DNA from: the human T2T-CHM13v2.0 reference genome, Homo sapiens
Assembly (NCBI RefSeq): GCF_009914755.1
Contig: NC_060932.1
DNA: 64,000 bases
Reading direction: 5' to 3' (one strand)
Shown: piece after piece, positions 49,894 through 64,000 of the stretch
Numbering within the stretch: position 1 is the stretch's first letter
How the letters are laid out: each line of letters begins with the position of its first letter
Translations under genes and position numbers: made by a program
Notes under the pieces: generated by a model
Databases searched by the model: none
Told to the model about the DNA's origin: nothing
What the model saw: the letters and a program-made list of their open reading frames with translations, nothing else

Positions 49894-50798
49894 CTTTGTG
49901 GTTTTATCTACTTTTGGTCTTTGATGATGGTGATGTACAGATGGGTTTTTGGTGTGGATGTCCTTTCTGTTTGTTAGTTTTCCTTCTAACAGACAGGACC
50001 CTCAGCTGCAGGTCTGTTGGAATACCCTGCCGTGTGAGGTGTCAGTGTGCCCCTGCTGGGGGGTGCCTCCCAGTTAGGCTGCTCGGGGTTCAGGGGTCAG
50101 GGACCCACTTGAGGAGGCAGTCTGCCCATTCTCAGATCTCCAGCTGCGTGCTGGGAGAACCACTGCTCTCTTCAAAGCTGTCAGACATGGACATTTAAGT
50201 CTGCAGAGGTTACTGCTGTCTTTTTGTTTGTCTGTGCCCTGCCCCCAGAGGTGGAGCCTACAGAGGCAGGCAGGCCTCCTTGAGCTGTGGTGGGCTCCAC
50301 CCAGTTCGAGTTTCCCAGCTGCTTTGTTTACCTAAGCAAGCCTGGGCAATGGCGGGCGCCCCTCCCCCAGCCTCATTGCCGCCTTGCAGTTTGATCTCAG
50401 ACTGCTGTGCTAGCAATCAGCGAGACTCCGTGGGCATAGGACCCTCTTAGCCAGGTGCGGGATATAATCTCGTGGTGCGCCGTTTTTTAAGCCAGTCCGA
50501 AAAGCACAATATTTGGGTGGGAGTGACCTGATTTTCCAGGTGCATCCGTCACCCCTTTCTTTGACTCGGAAAGGGAACTCCCTGACCCCTTGCACTTCCC
50601 AAGTGAGGCAATGCCTCGCCCTGCTTCGGCTCGCGCACGGTGCGCGCACCCACTAACCCGCGCCCACTGTCTGGCACTCCCTAGTGAGATGAACCCGGTA
50701 CCTCAGATGGAAATGCAGAAATCACCCGTCTTCTGCGTTGCTCACGCTGGGAGCTGTAGACCGGAGCTGTTCCTATTCGGCCATCTTGGCTGCTCCCC
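49894..50798 (-). promoter_or_regulatory. L1 5'UTR: internal sense promoter (minus) and antisense promoter (plus), CpG-rich
   Basis: YY1 motif caagatggccg intact near the 5' end; highest CpG density of the window. Confidence 0.8.
50349..50450 (+). pseudogene. L1 ORF0, truncated at codon 34
   Basis: ATG GCG GGC GCC CCT... = MAGAPPPASLPPCSLISDCCASNQRDSVGIGPS then TAG. Confidence 0.8.
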
Positions 50799-50999
50799 GG
50801 AATTGAGGTCTTTTCTTTAGTGTCTTTAAACACAGTAATTGTCAGCCAATAATTTTATATTCAGAAAAACTAAGTTTCTATATATAAAATTTAGAAAGGA
50901 GAAATAAAATATTTCTCAGACAAGCAAATCCTGGGAGAACTTGTCAGTGTTAGACTAGCTTTAAAAGAAATGCTAAAAAGAGTTCTAAATATTAAAACA

Positions 51000-51399
<400 letters not shown>

Positions 51400-52138
51400 T
51401 CACTAGGTAATAATCAACTGAATGATTGAAACAGTACCCCACATCTCAATATTAAAGTTAAATGTAGATTGGTCTAAATTCTCTACTTAAAAGATACAAA
51501 TTGGCAGCTTGAATTTAAAAAGTCACAAACCAAATATCTACTGTCTTCAGGAGACACACTTAACACATATTCTTATAGACTCAAAGTAAAGCAGTGGAAA
51601 AAGATATTTCCTGCAAATGGAAACCAAAAGCAAGCAGGACTAGCTGTTCTTACATCCTATAAAAAAGACTTTAAGTCAACAACAGTAAAATAGACAAAGA
51701 AGGTCGTTACATAATGATAAAAGGATCAACACACACATAACAATCCTAAATATGTATGTACCTTATTTCAGAGCTCCTAGGTTCATAAATCATTTAATAA
51801 TAAGAAGAAAAGAGATATATAGCAACGTTCCAACTGAGAACACTAGACAGATCATCAAGGCAGACCATCAACATAGAAACATCGGATGAAAACTGTGCTT
51901 TACTAAAAGTGGATGTAACAGATACTTACAGACCATTCACCCCAAGAACTGAAGAATATATATTATTTTCATCAGCATATGGAACATTTGTCAATTTAGA
52001 CCATATGACAGGCCACTAAACAAGTCTCAGAAATTGAAATTATATCAAGTTTCTTCTCAGACCACAGTGGAATAAAACTAGAAACAAATTCCAAAAAGAG
52101 CCCTCAAAACTATACAAATACTTGGAAACTAAAGAATT

Positions 52139-52522
<384 letters not shown>

Positions 52523-55500
52523 TTACACAAGTTCTTAAAACCTCTGGAATACAGCAAAAGCAGTACTAAGAGGAAAGTTTATAGTGTTAAATGCCTACCA
52601 CATAAAGTCTGAAAGTTTACAAATTGACTACCTAATGTTACACCTCAAAGAACTAGAGAAACAAGAACAGACCAAACCACAAACTAGCAGAAGAAAAGAA
52701 ATAACAAAGATCAGAGCAGAACTAAATGCAACTGTAACAAAAAAGAAAAAAAAAAGAAAAGAAAAAGTCAATGAAACAAAAAGCAAAAAGCTGGTTCTTT
52801 AAATATATAAATAAATAAAATTGACATAACACTACCTAGATTAACCAAGAAAAGAGAGAAGTTTCAAATAAACTGAATTAGAAAAATAATGGAGACATTA
52901 TAGCTGATACCACAGAAATACAAAAGATCATTTAAGACTGCTATGAACAACTCTATGTACACAAACTAGGAATTCCAGAGGAAATGGATAAACTCCTGGA
53001 AACAAATCACTCCCTAGCTTGAATCAGGAAGAAACAGAAATCCTGAACAGAACAATAACAAGCAGTAAGATTGAACTGATAATAAGATAAATCTGCCAAC
53101 AACAACAAAAAAGCCCAGAGATAGATGGATTTACACCCCAATTCTACCAGATATTCAAAGGAGGATTGGTACCAATTCTACCGAAACTATTACAAAAGAT
53201 TATGAAGAAGGGACTCCTCCCTAATTCCTTCTACAAAGCCATTACACCTTGATACCAAAGTGAGGAAAGAACATAGACAAAAAAGAAAACTACAAATCAG
53301 TATCTCTGATTAATATAGATGAAAAATCCTCAACAAAATACTAGCAACTGGAATCCAACAGTACATCAAAAAATAATTTAGTGTGATCAACTGGATTTTA
53401 CACCAGGGATGCTGGGATGGTTCAATGTAAGGAAGTCAATAAATGTAATTCATCACATATACAGAATGAAAGACAAAAACCGTATGATCATCTCAATGGA
53501 TGCAGAAAAGACATTTGATAAAATCCAGGATCTCTTTGTGATAAAGTTACTCAATAAGCTAGGCATAGAACAAACATACACAACTCAAAATAATACAAGC
53601 CATATATGAAAAACCCACAGCCAACCTTATAATGAACAAGGAAAAGTTTAAAACATTCCCCCTAAGAATTTGAAAAAGACAAGGATGCCCACTTTCACTA
53701 GTCCAACATAGTACTGGAAGTCCCAGTCAGAGCAATCAGGAAAAAGAAAGAAATAAGAGGCATCCAAATTGGAAAAGAGGAAGACAAACTAACTCCATTT
53801 GCTGATGATATGATCTTAAACCTAGGAAATGCTAAAGGTTCCTCCAAAAGACTCCTAGATCTGATAAATTAATTCAGTAAACTATCAGATTATAAAATCA
53901 GTGTATACAAATCAGTAGCACTGCTATAAACCAACAATAATCATGCTGAGAATCAAATCAAGAACTCAATCCCTTTTACAATAGCTACACTAAAAATTCT
54001 TAGGAATATACTTAATCAAGGAGGGGAAAGAGCTCTACAAGGAGAACTACAAAACAGTGCTGAAATAAATCATAAGTGACACAAACAAATGGAAGTACAT
54101 CCCACGTTCATGGATTGGAATAATCAATATTGTGAAAATGGCCATACTGCCCAAAGCACTCTACAGATTCAGTGCAATTCCCATCAAAATACCAATATCA
54201 TTTTTCATAGAATTAAAAAAAGTCTAAAATTCATATGGAACCAAAAAAGAGCCAGAATTGCCAAAGCAATCCTAAGCAAAGGAACAAATCTGGAGGCATC
54301 ATATTACCTGACTTCAAATTATAATACTAGGATATAGTAACCAAAAGAGCATGGCGCTGGCATAAAAGTAGACACATATTCCAATGCAACAGAATAGAGA
54401 GCCCAGAAATAAACCCAAACACTTACAACCAATTGATCTTTGACAAAGCTTGCAAAAACATAAACTGGGGGAAAAAATGCCCTATTCAGTAAACAGTGCT
54501 GGGAAAATCGGATAGTCACACACAGAACAATGAAACTGAATACCTATTTCTCACTATATACAAAAATTAACTCAAGATGTATTAAAGACTTAAATCTGAG
54601 ACCTGAAAATGTAAAAAATATAGAAGAAACTCTTCTGGCATTGGCTTAGGCAAAAAAATTATCACTAAGACTCCAAAAGTAAAACAAAACTAAAAATAAA
54701 TAATTGGAACCTAATTAAATTAAAAATCTCTGCAAAACAAAAGAAATAATCATCAGACTAATCAAACAACCTACAGAAGGAGAGAAAATATTTGCAAATT
54801 ATGCATTTGACAAGACTAATATCCAGAATCTGCAAATAAACAAAATCAGCCAGAAAAAAAGACAAATAACTCCATTAAAAAGTGGGCAAAGGACATGAAC
54901 ATACATTTCTCAAAAGAAGATATACAAGTGTCCAAGAAACATGAAAAAAACTCCATATCTAATCATCAGGGAAATGCAAATTAATACCACAATGAGATAC
55001 CACTTTACTCCACCCAGAATGACCATTATTAAAATGCCAAAAAAATAGATACCTGTGTGGATGTTATGAAAAATGAATGCATATACACTGTTGGTGGGAA
55101 TGTAAATTAGTACAACCTCCATGAAAAACAATATGAGGATTTCTCAAAGAACTAAAAGTAGATCTACCATTAGATCCAACAACCCCACTGCTGGGTACCT
55201 ACCCAAAGAAAAATAAATCACTAGATCAAAAAGACACTTGCACACATGAACACATATGTTTATTGTAATGTAATTCACAATTGCAAAGATATGGAACCAA
55301 TTTAAGTGTCTGTGTATCAGCCAATGAGTGGATAAAGAAAATATGGTGTATATACACTATGAAATACTGCTTGGACATTTAAAAATGAATTAATGTCTTT
55401 CACAGCAACTTGGATGGAACCGGAGGCCATTATTCTATGTGAAGTAACTTGAGAATCAAAAACCAGATACTACATGTTCTCGCTAATAAGCAGGAGCTAA

Positions 55501-56969
55501 GCTTATGGGGACACAAAGGCATACAGAGTGGTATAATGGACATTGCAGACTCAGAATGGGGGAGGAAGGAAGGGGTGTGAGGGATGAAAAACTACCTATT
55601 GGGTACACTAGGTGATGAGTGCATTAAATCCTAGTCTTCACCACAATACACTTCATCCATATAACCAAAAACCACTGGTACCCCTAAAGCTATTGACATT
55701 CAATTGCTTAAAAAAATTCAAGAACGAAAATAAATTTTAAAAGAAGGAAGCAACAAATACAGGAAAGCTGAAAGATGGTAGGATACAAAACTGAAGGGTG
55801 TGTTGTCCTGGCCCAGGAGAAAAGAGAACAAGCCAAAAAGGTTAAGCGTAAGCAACAGAATCCAGGTTAATTTCCTAGTAGAACTGACAGTATTTGAGAC
55901 TTGTTTGAGCATGCCAGACTTCAAATGGCCACAGGCTGAATGGGTAGTGATGCTGGCTGCCTTGCAGTGCTTTCCAGAGATAGGCAGCACATCCAGGCCT
56001 GCTCCATGGCAGGTCAGAAATGAGGAAGCCCAAAATGCCGGCTGCTCCTGTGAATAATACAAACACTGATCAGCAGATCACAAATTTATTTAAGGCCAGC
56101 AGGAAACGAAGTAGGCGTGAAGACCCGACTAATACTGTCTGATCAGCTCAGAAGGCAGGAAGGCAATGGGATGCAGTAGATAGTTCTCCAAAATGAGTGA
56201 ACCGTTATTTGCATCTCATCGGGGAATAGGAGATGTAGCCAACATGAAATGACAGGCAGGCATCTGTTTCACCATCATGCTGTGACACCCCTAGGAGCTT
56301 AGACCCAGCCTCACTGCTCTAATGATATTAGAATGAGATCTTCTGCAATGTGTTGCTTCTGCAAATGATGGTACGGATGTTTCCCGTTGAGCTTAAAGAA
56401 AAACAGTCAAAGAATTGCATCATCTTCCTTAGTTTCATCATCGGTAAATAGGATTCATGATCTTGGACTAAGGGGCTTTGGAGTTCTTCAGGTCAAATCC
56501 TGTTCATGAGAGCAAGGTATGTGTCTTGCTTGCCCTGAGCAATTGAGAGATGCTCCTGAACAGAGGAGAACAATGAATTGTGGTTCCCAACTGCACAGTG
56601 AATGTTTCCTATTAGCTCACTATCTTTCAGAGTAAATCAACTTAACTCTCCATTACAATAGATGGCAATAGTGCATTACTTGTCAGCAACATGCTGCAAT
56701 AATAAGGCTCTTTCAGACAGCCTCTCAAATACAGATAGTGATGTCTGTGAGGCAATAGAATGGCTTTTAAAATGAATATGAGCAGTAGCTTCCTAATAAG
56801 GCCAGATCCAGTATTTCAACAAGAAGGTCCCTGAATTTTCTTGCATGGCAAGAAATTTATTGAAAAGAGCATGATGAGAAGTCAATACTTAATTGAAAAC
56901 TCTGAAGAAATTGAGCCCCTATTAATTCAGTGAAATATAGCCTCCAAAATTTTTGAAGCTTACAGAAAC

Positions 56970-57215
56970 TACAAATTGTCTGGTGGGCTCTGGAACCAGC
57001 GAGAATGCCTCAATTCAAAGCCTGTCTCTGCAGATTACCAGCAGTGGCATTGTAGGTGGGTTATTTAACCAACCACCTCTCAAATCTTCATACGTGTAAT
57101 GGAAGCAATATTAGTGCTTTCTATATGGGGTTGTAGGTTAAATGAAACAATGTCTGTAACATTCTTATAACAATGTCTGAACACAAGCATCTAATATATA
57201 TTATTTGTTACTATC
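56970..57215 (+). mobile_element. MIR remnant
   Basis: tgggctctggaaccag...ggggttgtaggttaaatgaaacaatg. Confidence 0.55.
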
Positions 57216-58849
57216 TTATGCCCAATATTTTAAGTTTCTAACATTGAAAGGCCACATACTTCATTTAATTTAGGGGACCCATGGGAATGTCTGCTCCTTA
57301 TCTGTGCCCTTCCCCTCATGCCAACATAGATTTGAATTCTCAGAAAATATTCCAGGGGGATTGAATGTTGAGCTTCCCAAAGAAAGAAATAAAGAGACCA
57401 AAGTCAGCCTGTCCCCACCGGGGTTGGCATATGACAAAGATCTGAAGTGGCTCTGAGGCATCATGGAGAACAGTTGAAAATCACATTGTCAGCTCGAAAT
57501 GCATCAAAGCTATTTGCTGGCCTGAACTACCCTAGGAAGAATTCCCATTCAGTTCAATCCATGCAAAATCATGCTTGGCCCTGGCAGGACGGGGACTAAG
57601 TTACCACCCCATATGGCACCAAGTTTGTGATAATCCCTCTATGAGAAAGTAATAATGACAGTAATAACCCCTCTTCACTCAAAAAAACTACTCAGTAAGG
57701 GACATCTGTCACCATTATCATCACTGAGACAAATTCTGATATTACTCTGTGCTGTGGAAAACCTGACAAAGCTCCTCACTCCATAGCTAATAAGGAGGAT
57801 ATCTTGCCTAAGCTGTAAACATTAAAGAAGTCCACCAATATTAACAAACACCCCTGCCCCGGTCTCTGTTGGTGTGTTGCTAAACACAGAGAAAGAACTG
57901 ATACATCCACTTAAAGGTATTTTTCTTGTGTTTAATTCCACTTCATTAGTCAGAATTTCTCCTGTAACTTAGTGTAATCTAGATTCAGTGACACTCATTT
58001 TTTGTTTGGATGGTTGATTAACGTGTCCCTTCCACCAAAAAGGACTCTGCAACCTTCAAGAGGAAGTTCCAACTGTGAGAACTATGACCAGCCCAGCCTT
58101 TCCTCATTCAGTGTTGACATTGAGCCCCTCCTGTCACACACATCCCATGAGTTTTAAATAATTTAGCTTCTTGGTGATCAGGGGTATACAGTGCTCCTGG
58201 GACTATGGTTTGTAAAACATATACAGTTGCTTTCAGCTCTCTCATGAAATTAAGGCCATGTCAAAGTGCAGGCTATTTCTGCACAGAAAGAAGCAGGCTA
58301 ATGGCAGAAGGGGGCAGGTTACCAAACCCTTCAGAATTTGACAAAAGTCAAAACAACATGGAGCCTTTTTTCTCATGATTTCTTAGCAGGTCTCAAAATT
58401 CTGATTAGCTGGGAGGAAACAAAATTTCCATGCCTGATTACTCCAAAGAAATGAGCAACTCCAAGTCAACTAAAATGTCTTCAGTCAAGGCAAACACACT
58501 TCACAATGTAAATGGTAAGTGCCAACCCCCTGCCTCTAGTTGGTAGAACTTGGTGACCATCACTACTTTGACACTCATATGGTTTTCCTCATATCCTTAT
58601 CATTCTTGCAAGAAATATTGGACCAATGGTAAATGGTTCTGAATCATAAACCAGCCAAAAAATTTTCAAATTAGATCTTTCTGTTTGCCACTAAAGCCAT
58701 TAACATGCACAAACCCAATTTCATAATGATCTGCCTGATACATCAATAATATATTATATATTACATATGTCCTAAATAAGTCTAAAGGTAAATGTTTTAA
58801 AGGCCTGAAAATAATAACTGAGACTTAGATGAATGGATAGTGTTGGTTG

Positions 58850-59075
58850 ACTAGTAAGAGACCGAGTTCCATACTCTGTTCTGTCTGCTTGTGCTCAGCT
58901 GAGCACTTCCACCCATCCCTCAAATTACCTGTCCTCTGTAAGCCTGCATTTCTCATTTCTAAAATGAGAATAATATTTTCAACTCATAGAATTTTCATGA
59001 TTAAATGAGCTGATCCGCAGGTGACACTTATCCCAATGCCTACAATGCAATAAGCCCTTACTGAGAATTATCCAT
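58850..59075 (+). mobile_element. MIR remnant
   Basis: ctctgtaagcctgcatttctcatttctaaaatgagaataat core. Confidence 0.6.
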
Positions 59076-59257
59076 GATGATGTTGATGATTACTATTTTA
59101 CTTTGCATTTTATTAAGTTTTTCAATCTATGTAAAAACACTGGATTTTCTTTCCCATTTCACTTCTCTTTTTCCTCATCTGTAAAAGAAGAGGAGTGTTT
59201 GAGAGATGAGACAATAGTGGCAAGAGCAACTTTCCATTGCCTCAAAAATGCTCCACT

Positions 59258-59400
59258 CGATAATTTAATGTTAAGTGAAAGAAACCAGGCTCACAAAGAC
59301 AAACATCACATGTTCTCACTTATTTGTGGGATCTAAAAATCAAAACAACTGAACTCATGGAGATAGAGAGTAGAACGATGGTTACCAGAGACTGGGAGTT
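59258..59400 (+). mobile_element. L1MA 3' fragment
   Basis: atgttaagtgaaagaaaccaggctcacaaagacaaacatcacatgttctcacttatttgtgggatctaaaaatc. Confidence 0.8.
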
Positions 59401-59785
59401 CCCATAGAAGGTGAAAAATAGAGAGATGAGGTGAGAACCTTGTGGAAAGGAGTAGAAAAGGAGAAGGGCAGTCTCAACTGGGGGCAGAAGGAAGAGGAGT
59501 CAGGTGCACAGAGCTACCTTACTGTGAGCCTGTGGGAGCTGAACTTGTCACTGATTGAATGGAAACCCAATGGAAATGATAAAAGATGACATTTACAGCA
59601 TTTCCTGGGCACAGAGTCTATTCCTAATTGGCTTCCAAGAAGAGCAGATTCTTTGGGCAATGAAACAATACAGTCCTTTTTGGATATTAAGGACAGAAAG
59701 GAAGAGTTACATAAGCTGTCTTAGCTGATTATCATCATCACTCTCTGAGCTAGATAACATTATTATCCACATTTAATAGATTAGA

Positions 59786-59950
59786 CAGTGGCTGGTTCCT
59801 CACCTTTTTAGGGTCACACTCATTTTTGAGACTTGAATGAAAGGGCTGGTCTCTTCCCAAGCAAAGTTCTCATACATGTAAAATGTTGCATACAATTTCT
59901 GGGAGTTGCCCATTATATGAGGCCCATTCATAAAATCATTTTAAGATTAA
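59786..59950. mobile_element. MER103-like hAT MITE
   Basis: ggttcctcacctttttagggtcac...aaaatgttgcatacaatttctggg. Confidence 0.5.
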
Positions 59951-60109
59951 TGCAAAGAACCAACATTTCTCCCCAAAGTACAGAGTGAGCTCCCTTTGTA
60001 CATGGACTGGGTCTTGCTTGTTCATTGTGCTGCCCCTACTGTCAGATAGATGTGTGAGAGGTGGTTTTTGGTAGAAACATAAAGAAATAAACTAATATCT
60101 CCTCTGGCC

Positions 60110-60290
60110 ATGTGTTTTACAAACATTATCTTAGCTGATCTTTTCAAGACCTTATAAAAAAGATATTATGAGCTCCATTTTACAGATGAAGAAATAGATA
60201 TAGAAGGATTATGTGTCTTTTCCAAGGTCACAGAGGTTTTAAATTATAAACTCAGAATTTGAACCCAGGTCTATGTTCTCACTCCTTTAG
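60110..60290 (-). mobile_element. MIR remnant
   Basis: ccattttacagatgaagaaa...ccaaggtcacag...tttgaacccaggtct. Confidence 0.75.
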
Positions 60291-60673
60291 TGTCTTAGTC
60301 AGTGCGGGTTGCCATAACAAAACACGACAGACTGGGTGGCTAAAACTACAGGGATGTATTTCCCATAGTTCTAGAGACCAAAAATTCAAGATCAAAGTGC
60401 TGACTGATTCAGTCCCTGGTGAGGGCTCTCTTCCTGGCTTGCAGAGAGCCACCTTCTTGCAGTGTCCTCACATGCTGCAGAGAGAGAGCTAACTCTGGTG
60501 TCTCTTTCTCTTTTTATAAGAACATCAGCCTTATTGGATCAGGACCCTTCCCTAATGACCTCATTTAACCTTTATCACTCCCTCACAGGCCCTATCTCTA
60601 CAAATATAGTCACACGGGGGTTGAGGCTTCAACATATGATTTTTGGGGTGACTCAAATCTTCAGTCCATAACA
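60291..60673 (-). mobile_element. MLT1A-like MaLR solo LTR
   Basis: tgtcttagtc...gccataacaaaacacgacagactgggtggc...ggcttcaacatatgat...cagtccataaca. Confidence 0.88.
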
Positions 60674-61654
60674 TGCACCATCTGCATTTAGAGGAAGGTA
60701 GTGAGATAGAAATAATTAGGTCTCTCGTTGCAGCATCATATCCAAGTTTGTACATTTTTTATGTTGTTCAACTGCTGAGAGGCATTTTGTCTGGGTAATT
60801 TTTGCAAGCTCAAATGGCTGATTTCCCATAGAAAGAAACCCCATGCTAAGTTAGTGACATTTTCTGGAACTGCAAGAGTGATTTCCTTGCATTCTGCTAA
60901 CATGTGGCTTCTATAGAATGGATCTCCTCACATACCGCTAATCTTATGTCAATATCAATATCCCATAGGAGTTACAATATCTAGGTCTGATAGGACAAGT
61001 GAAGTCTTGCATTTCTATTCCCACTGGAATGACTAGCTTTCACAGGCTAGTGGTTCAGAGTCTATGCTCATAGAACTTTAAAGTAACTTTTGATTGGAAG
61101 AAGAGCAAGCTAAATCAGAGGCAGTAAGTGGAAGAAGCTGGACGCAAACCTATCGTTTTATATTTACCCTTCCAACTTAATTCACCTAACTAGGTTTCAG
61201 TTGTCTAAGGAAAAGAAGACATTGTTTTCCTTTCCTCTTTTTACTTAATGTCCCCTGACATGTAATCTCAGCCATCATTAACATTCAAGAGTTTCCCTTC
61301 CTAAGTTCCACGGGCCACTTTTATCAGAACCATGGTGCCTCCTTCAGTGAATTCCCAGATGGTCATCAGCCCAACTCCTTTTCCCATGGTTATTTTACTC
61401 TTCAGTGGTCAAGGGGACCCCCAAATAATCTCTATTTTGACCAACTTTTTAAAAACATAGAACATGTAAATGTATTTCTATCTTTATTATTTATTTTGCT
61501 CACATATTTTTATTATTTATCTCCTGGAAGAGGTACAAATTGATGAAGCAGTTTAGGATTTACATGATTTTGAATTAATGATGTATGAGGTGCTGTGTCT
61601 AATGTAAGACAGCTTATTTCACCATAAGGTTTTGTTAATAACGTAATCATGAAA

Positions 61655-61900
61655 GTTAATATTTATTTTTGTCCTTATTATATGTCAAAATTTTGCTAAG
61701 TACTTAAAACATGACTTATAACTTTAAATATTTATAACAGCTGGATAAAGTAGATGGTATTGTTAGTTCCATTATGCAGATGAGGAAATCAAGGTTAAAA
61801 GAGCTTTCAGGACTTGCCTAGTGACAGAGAGCAAGAGGTGGTAAAATCAGGATTTGGACCTAGGTGGGTCCTAACTCCAGAGTCTATACTTGTAACCACC
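61655..61900 (-). mobile_element. MIR remnant
   Basis: ccattatgcagatgaggaaatcaaggtt...gatttggacctaggt. Confidence 0.7.
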
Positions 61901-61920
61901 ATGTTCAGGTGATACACTGA

Positions 61921-62262
<342 letters not shown>

Positions 62263-64000
62263 TCTTCCATTTTTAAAAAATTATTTCTTTACATTGTAGA
62301 AGAGCTGGTGGTTTTGATTAAGGCATTCATTTATTGAATAGATATTTACTATGGCTCATGAGTGTGTAAAAGCAATCTCAACTGGTTGAGAAGTAAAAAG
62401 AAAGAAGAAAGTGGGTACATGAATAATTATTTTATGAACGTTCCCAGATTCTTTCTTTCTCCACAACTTATATGTTTAAGTATAATTTCTCTATCCCACC
62501 TTCTCCTATAGAGGCTCTATAGCTTTTTGTACTTAACAATCTCTATTTTAAACTATGCAGTGCTGTGTAAAATAGTGTATAAGATGTTTTAAAGACCACC
62601 TTGGGTAACTTTCCTGTAATGTTTGAATCTGAAATATTTCCCCCTAAACCCACAATTTCCCATACAGTCAAGCTGCTACATTGCCTCTCTGAGAGGCAGA
62701 AATTACTGTTGATTTGATTTCCTTTGTTTTCTTAAGCAACTATAAAATATTACTGATTTCTTTTTAATCCTACCACTTTTGCTACATCTCCCTCCTCATT
62801 TCAAACACGCTAGACAATTTTCCACAATAAGTACTTGCAGAAACATTAACTTGTAAAGAATAGGAAAAAGTTATGTGCTCCAAAATTTAAATCTGAATCC
62901 TTACCCTCTTTAAGAGTTTTCTAGCCAAGTTTAAGACAAGACAGCAATAACAAACAAAAATCAAAACAGCCAGGAATCAGTAGCTTGTCTTTTTTTGTGT
63001 GCTTATGTGTCTATTACTTGTAAAGCATCTATTATAAGGTTTTCTTTAAAGTTTCCCTTAAGAACCAAAGGCTGATGTTTTTTGAAAACTTTTCTGTGCA
63101 CTAATAAGTCAATATGAGTAAGGGCAGATCTTGTGTTATGAAAATTTGTCATAGAAGTGACACTTATTTGGGAAAAGATGGATTTGAACTCTTGCTTTCC
63201 ATATGTCAGAGTTACTTAAAATTAGAAGTGAACAAGTAGTTAATGATTAGAGCTTCTTCCCCTGAACCTGGATCATGACACAATTAAGTCAAGGGAATAT
63301 CAAATAGGGATAATTTCTCTCTTCCAGAACAAGTAAAGTATTATAAGGAATTCTGCCACTTCTTTAAATAACTGAGTCCAATGATTGAAGAGCTTGAGTT
63401 TGATTATATCCTTATGACCAGAATTCCAGCTTTGTACCTACTGAAAATGCAACACCTGCTGATATTTTCTGCTTTGGCCGGAAGTTTTTCTCCGGGATTT
63501 TGTCTGTTTTTCAATGTCTGTTCTGGTTTTTAAAATATTCTACTTATACATGCCCAGAGTTAGTTTATGATTTAGGCATATGTTGACATAGCTTTGTTAT
63601 GTTTGGGATACTTTAGGTCCACAAAGCTAAAGCATTCATCCCAGTTTATGTAAGATATATATTATTGAATGAAGGCTTGCACACTTTTGTGAACGAACAA
63701 AAAGGCTACTTTAGAAATTTCTGATATAAACACACATGCACATTCACATAGAGCTCACACACTCCCAACACAACCTAAACTTGAAATACAAACAAAATTC
63801 AGTGTAATAGAAAACTTTGGCCTCATTCATATTAAATGAGATTGAATTGCTTAAATTATAAAGGGCTAAAATATGCTTTTCAAATGAAGTGGTTTTTTTA
63901 ATCTAAGATGTTTTCACTGGGTTTTACATACCTGAAAATATTTTCATATTGAGATAAATCACAGTACTTGACTAAATAATGAATTGAATATTGTGGGCAC

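Noticed and set aside
63478-63485. ETS/GABP motif CCGGAAGT as a promoter
   Set aside because: Single 8-mer with no CpG island or supporting motif cluster

Overview
Primate (hominid, most likely human) AT-rich, repeat-dense non-coding DNA; I could not identify the locus. No intact host protein-coding gene, RNA gene or prokaryotic feature is supportable. Roughly half or more of the window is transposon-derived: a full-length but disabled L1PA2-type LINE-1 (minus strand, 44750-50798) inserted antisense into ORF1 of an older near-full-length L1PB element (about 43570-55740), older L1M/L1PA16-like/L2/MIR fossils, twelve Alus, MaLR/ERVL solo LTRs (THE1, MST, MLT1, MLT2, MER68/77-like) and hAT MITEs (MER58A, MER103-like). 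Subfamily names are from remembered consensus motifs, not from a RepeatMasker run, and old-repeat boundaries are approximate. The long ORFs in the track are L1 ORF1/ORF2 fragments; the rest are Alu-derived or chance ORFs. The most unusual non-TE signals are a perfect 63-bp inverted repeat with a structured 98-bp spacer (27082-27305) and a set of minus-strand exon-like segments (35716-35859 and 25276-25311) next to a CpG-retaining unique element. I do not see convincing evidence of a new biological system; these are leads, not discoveries.
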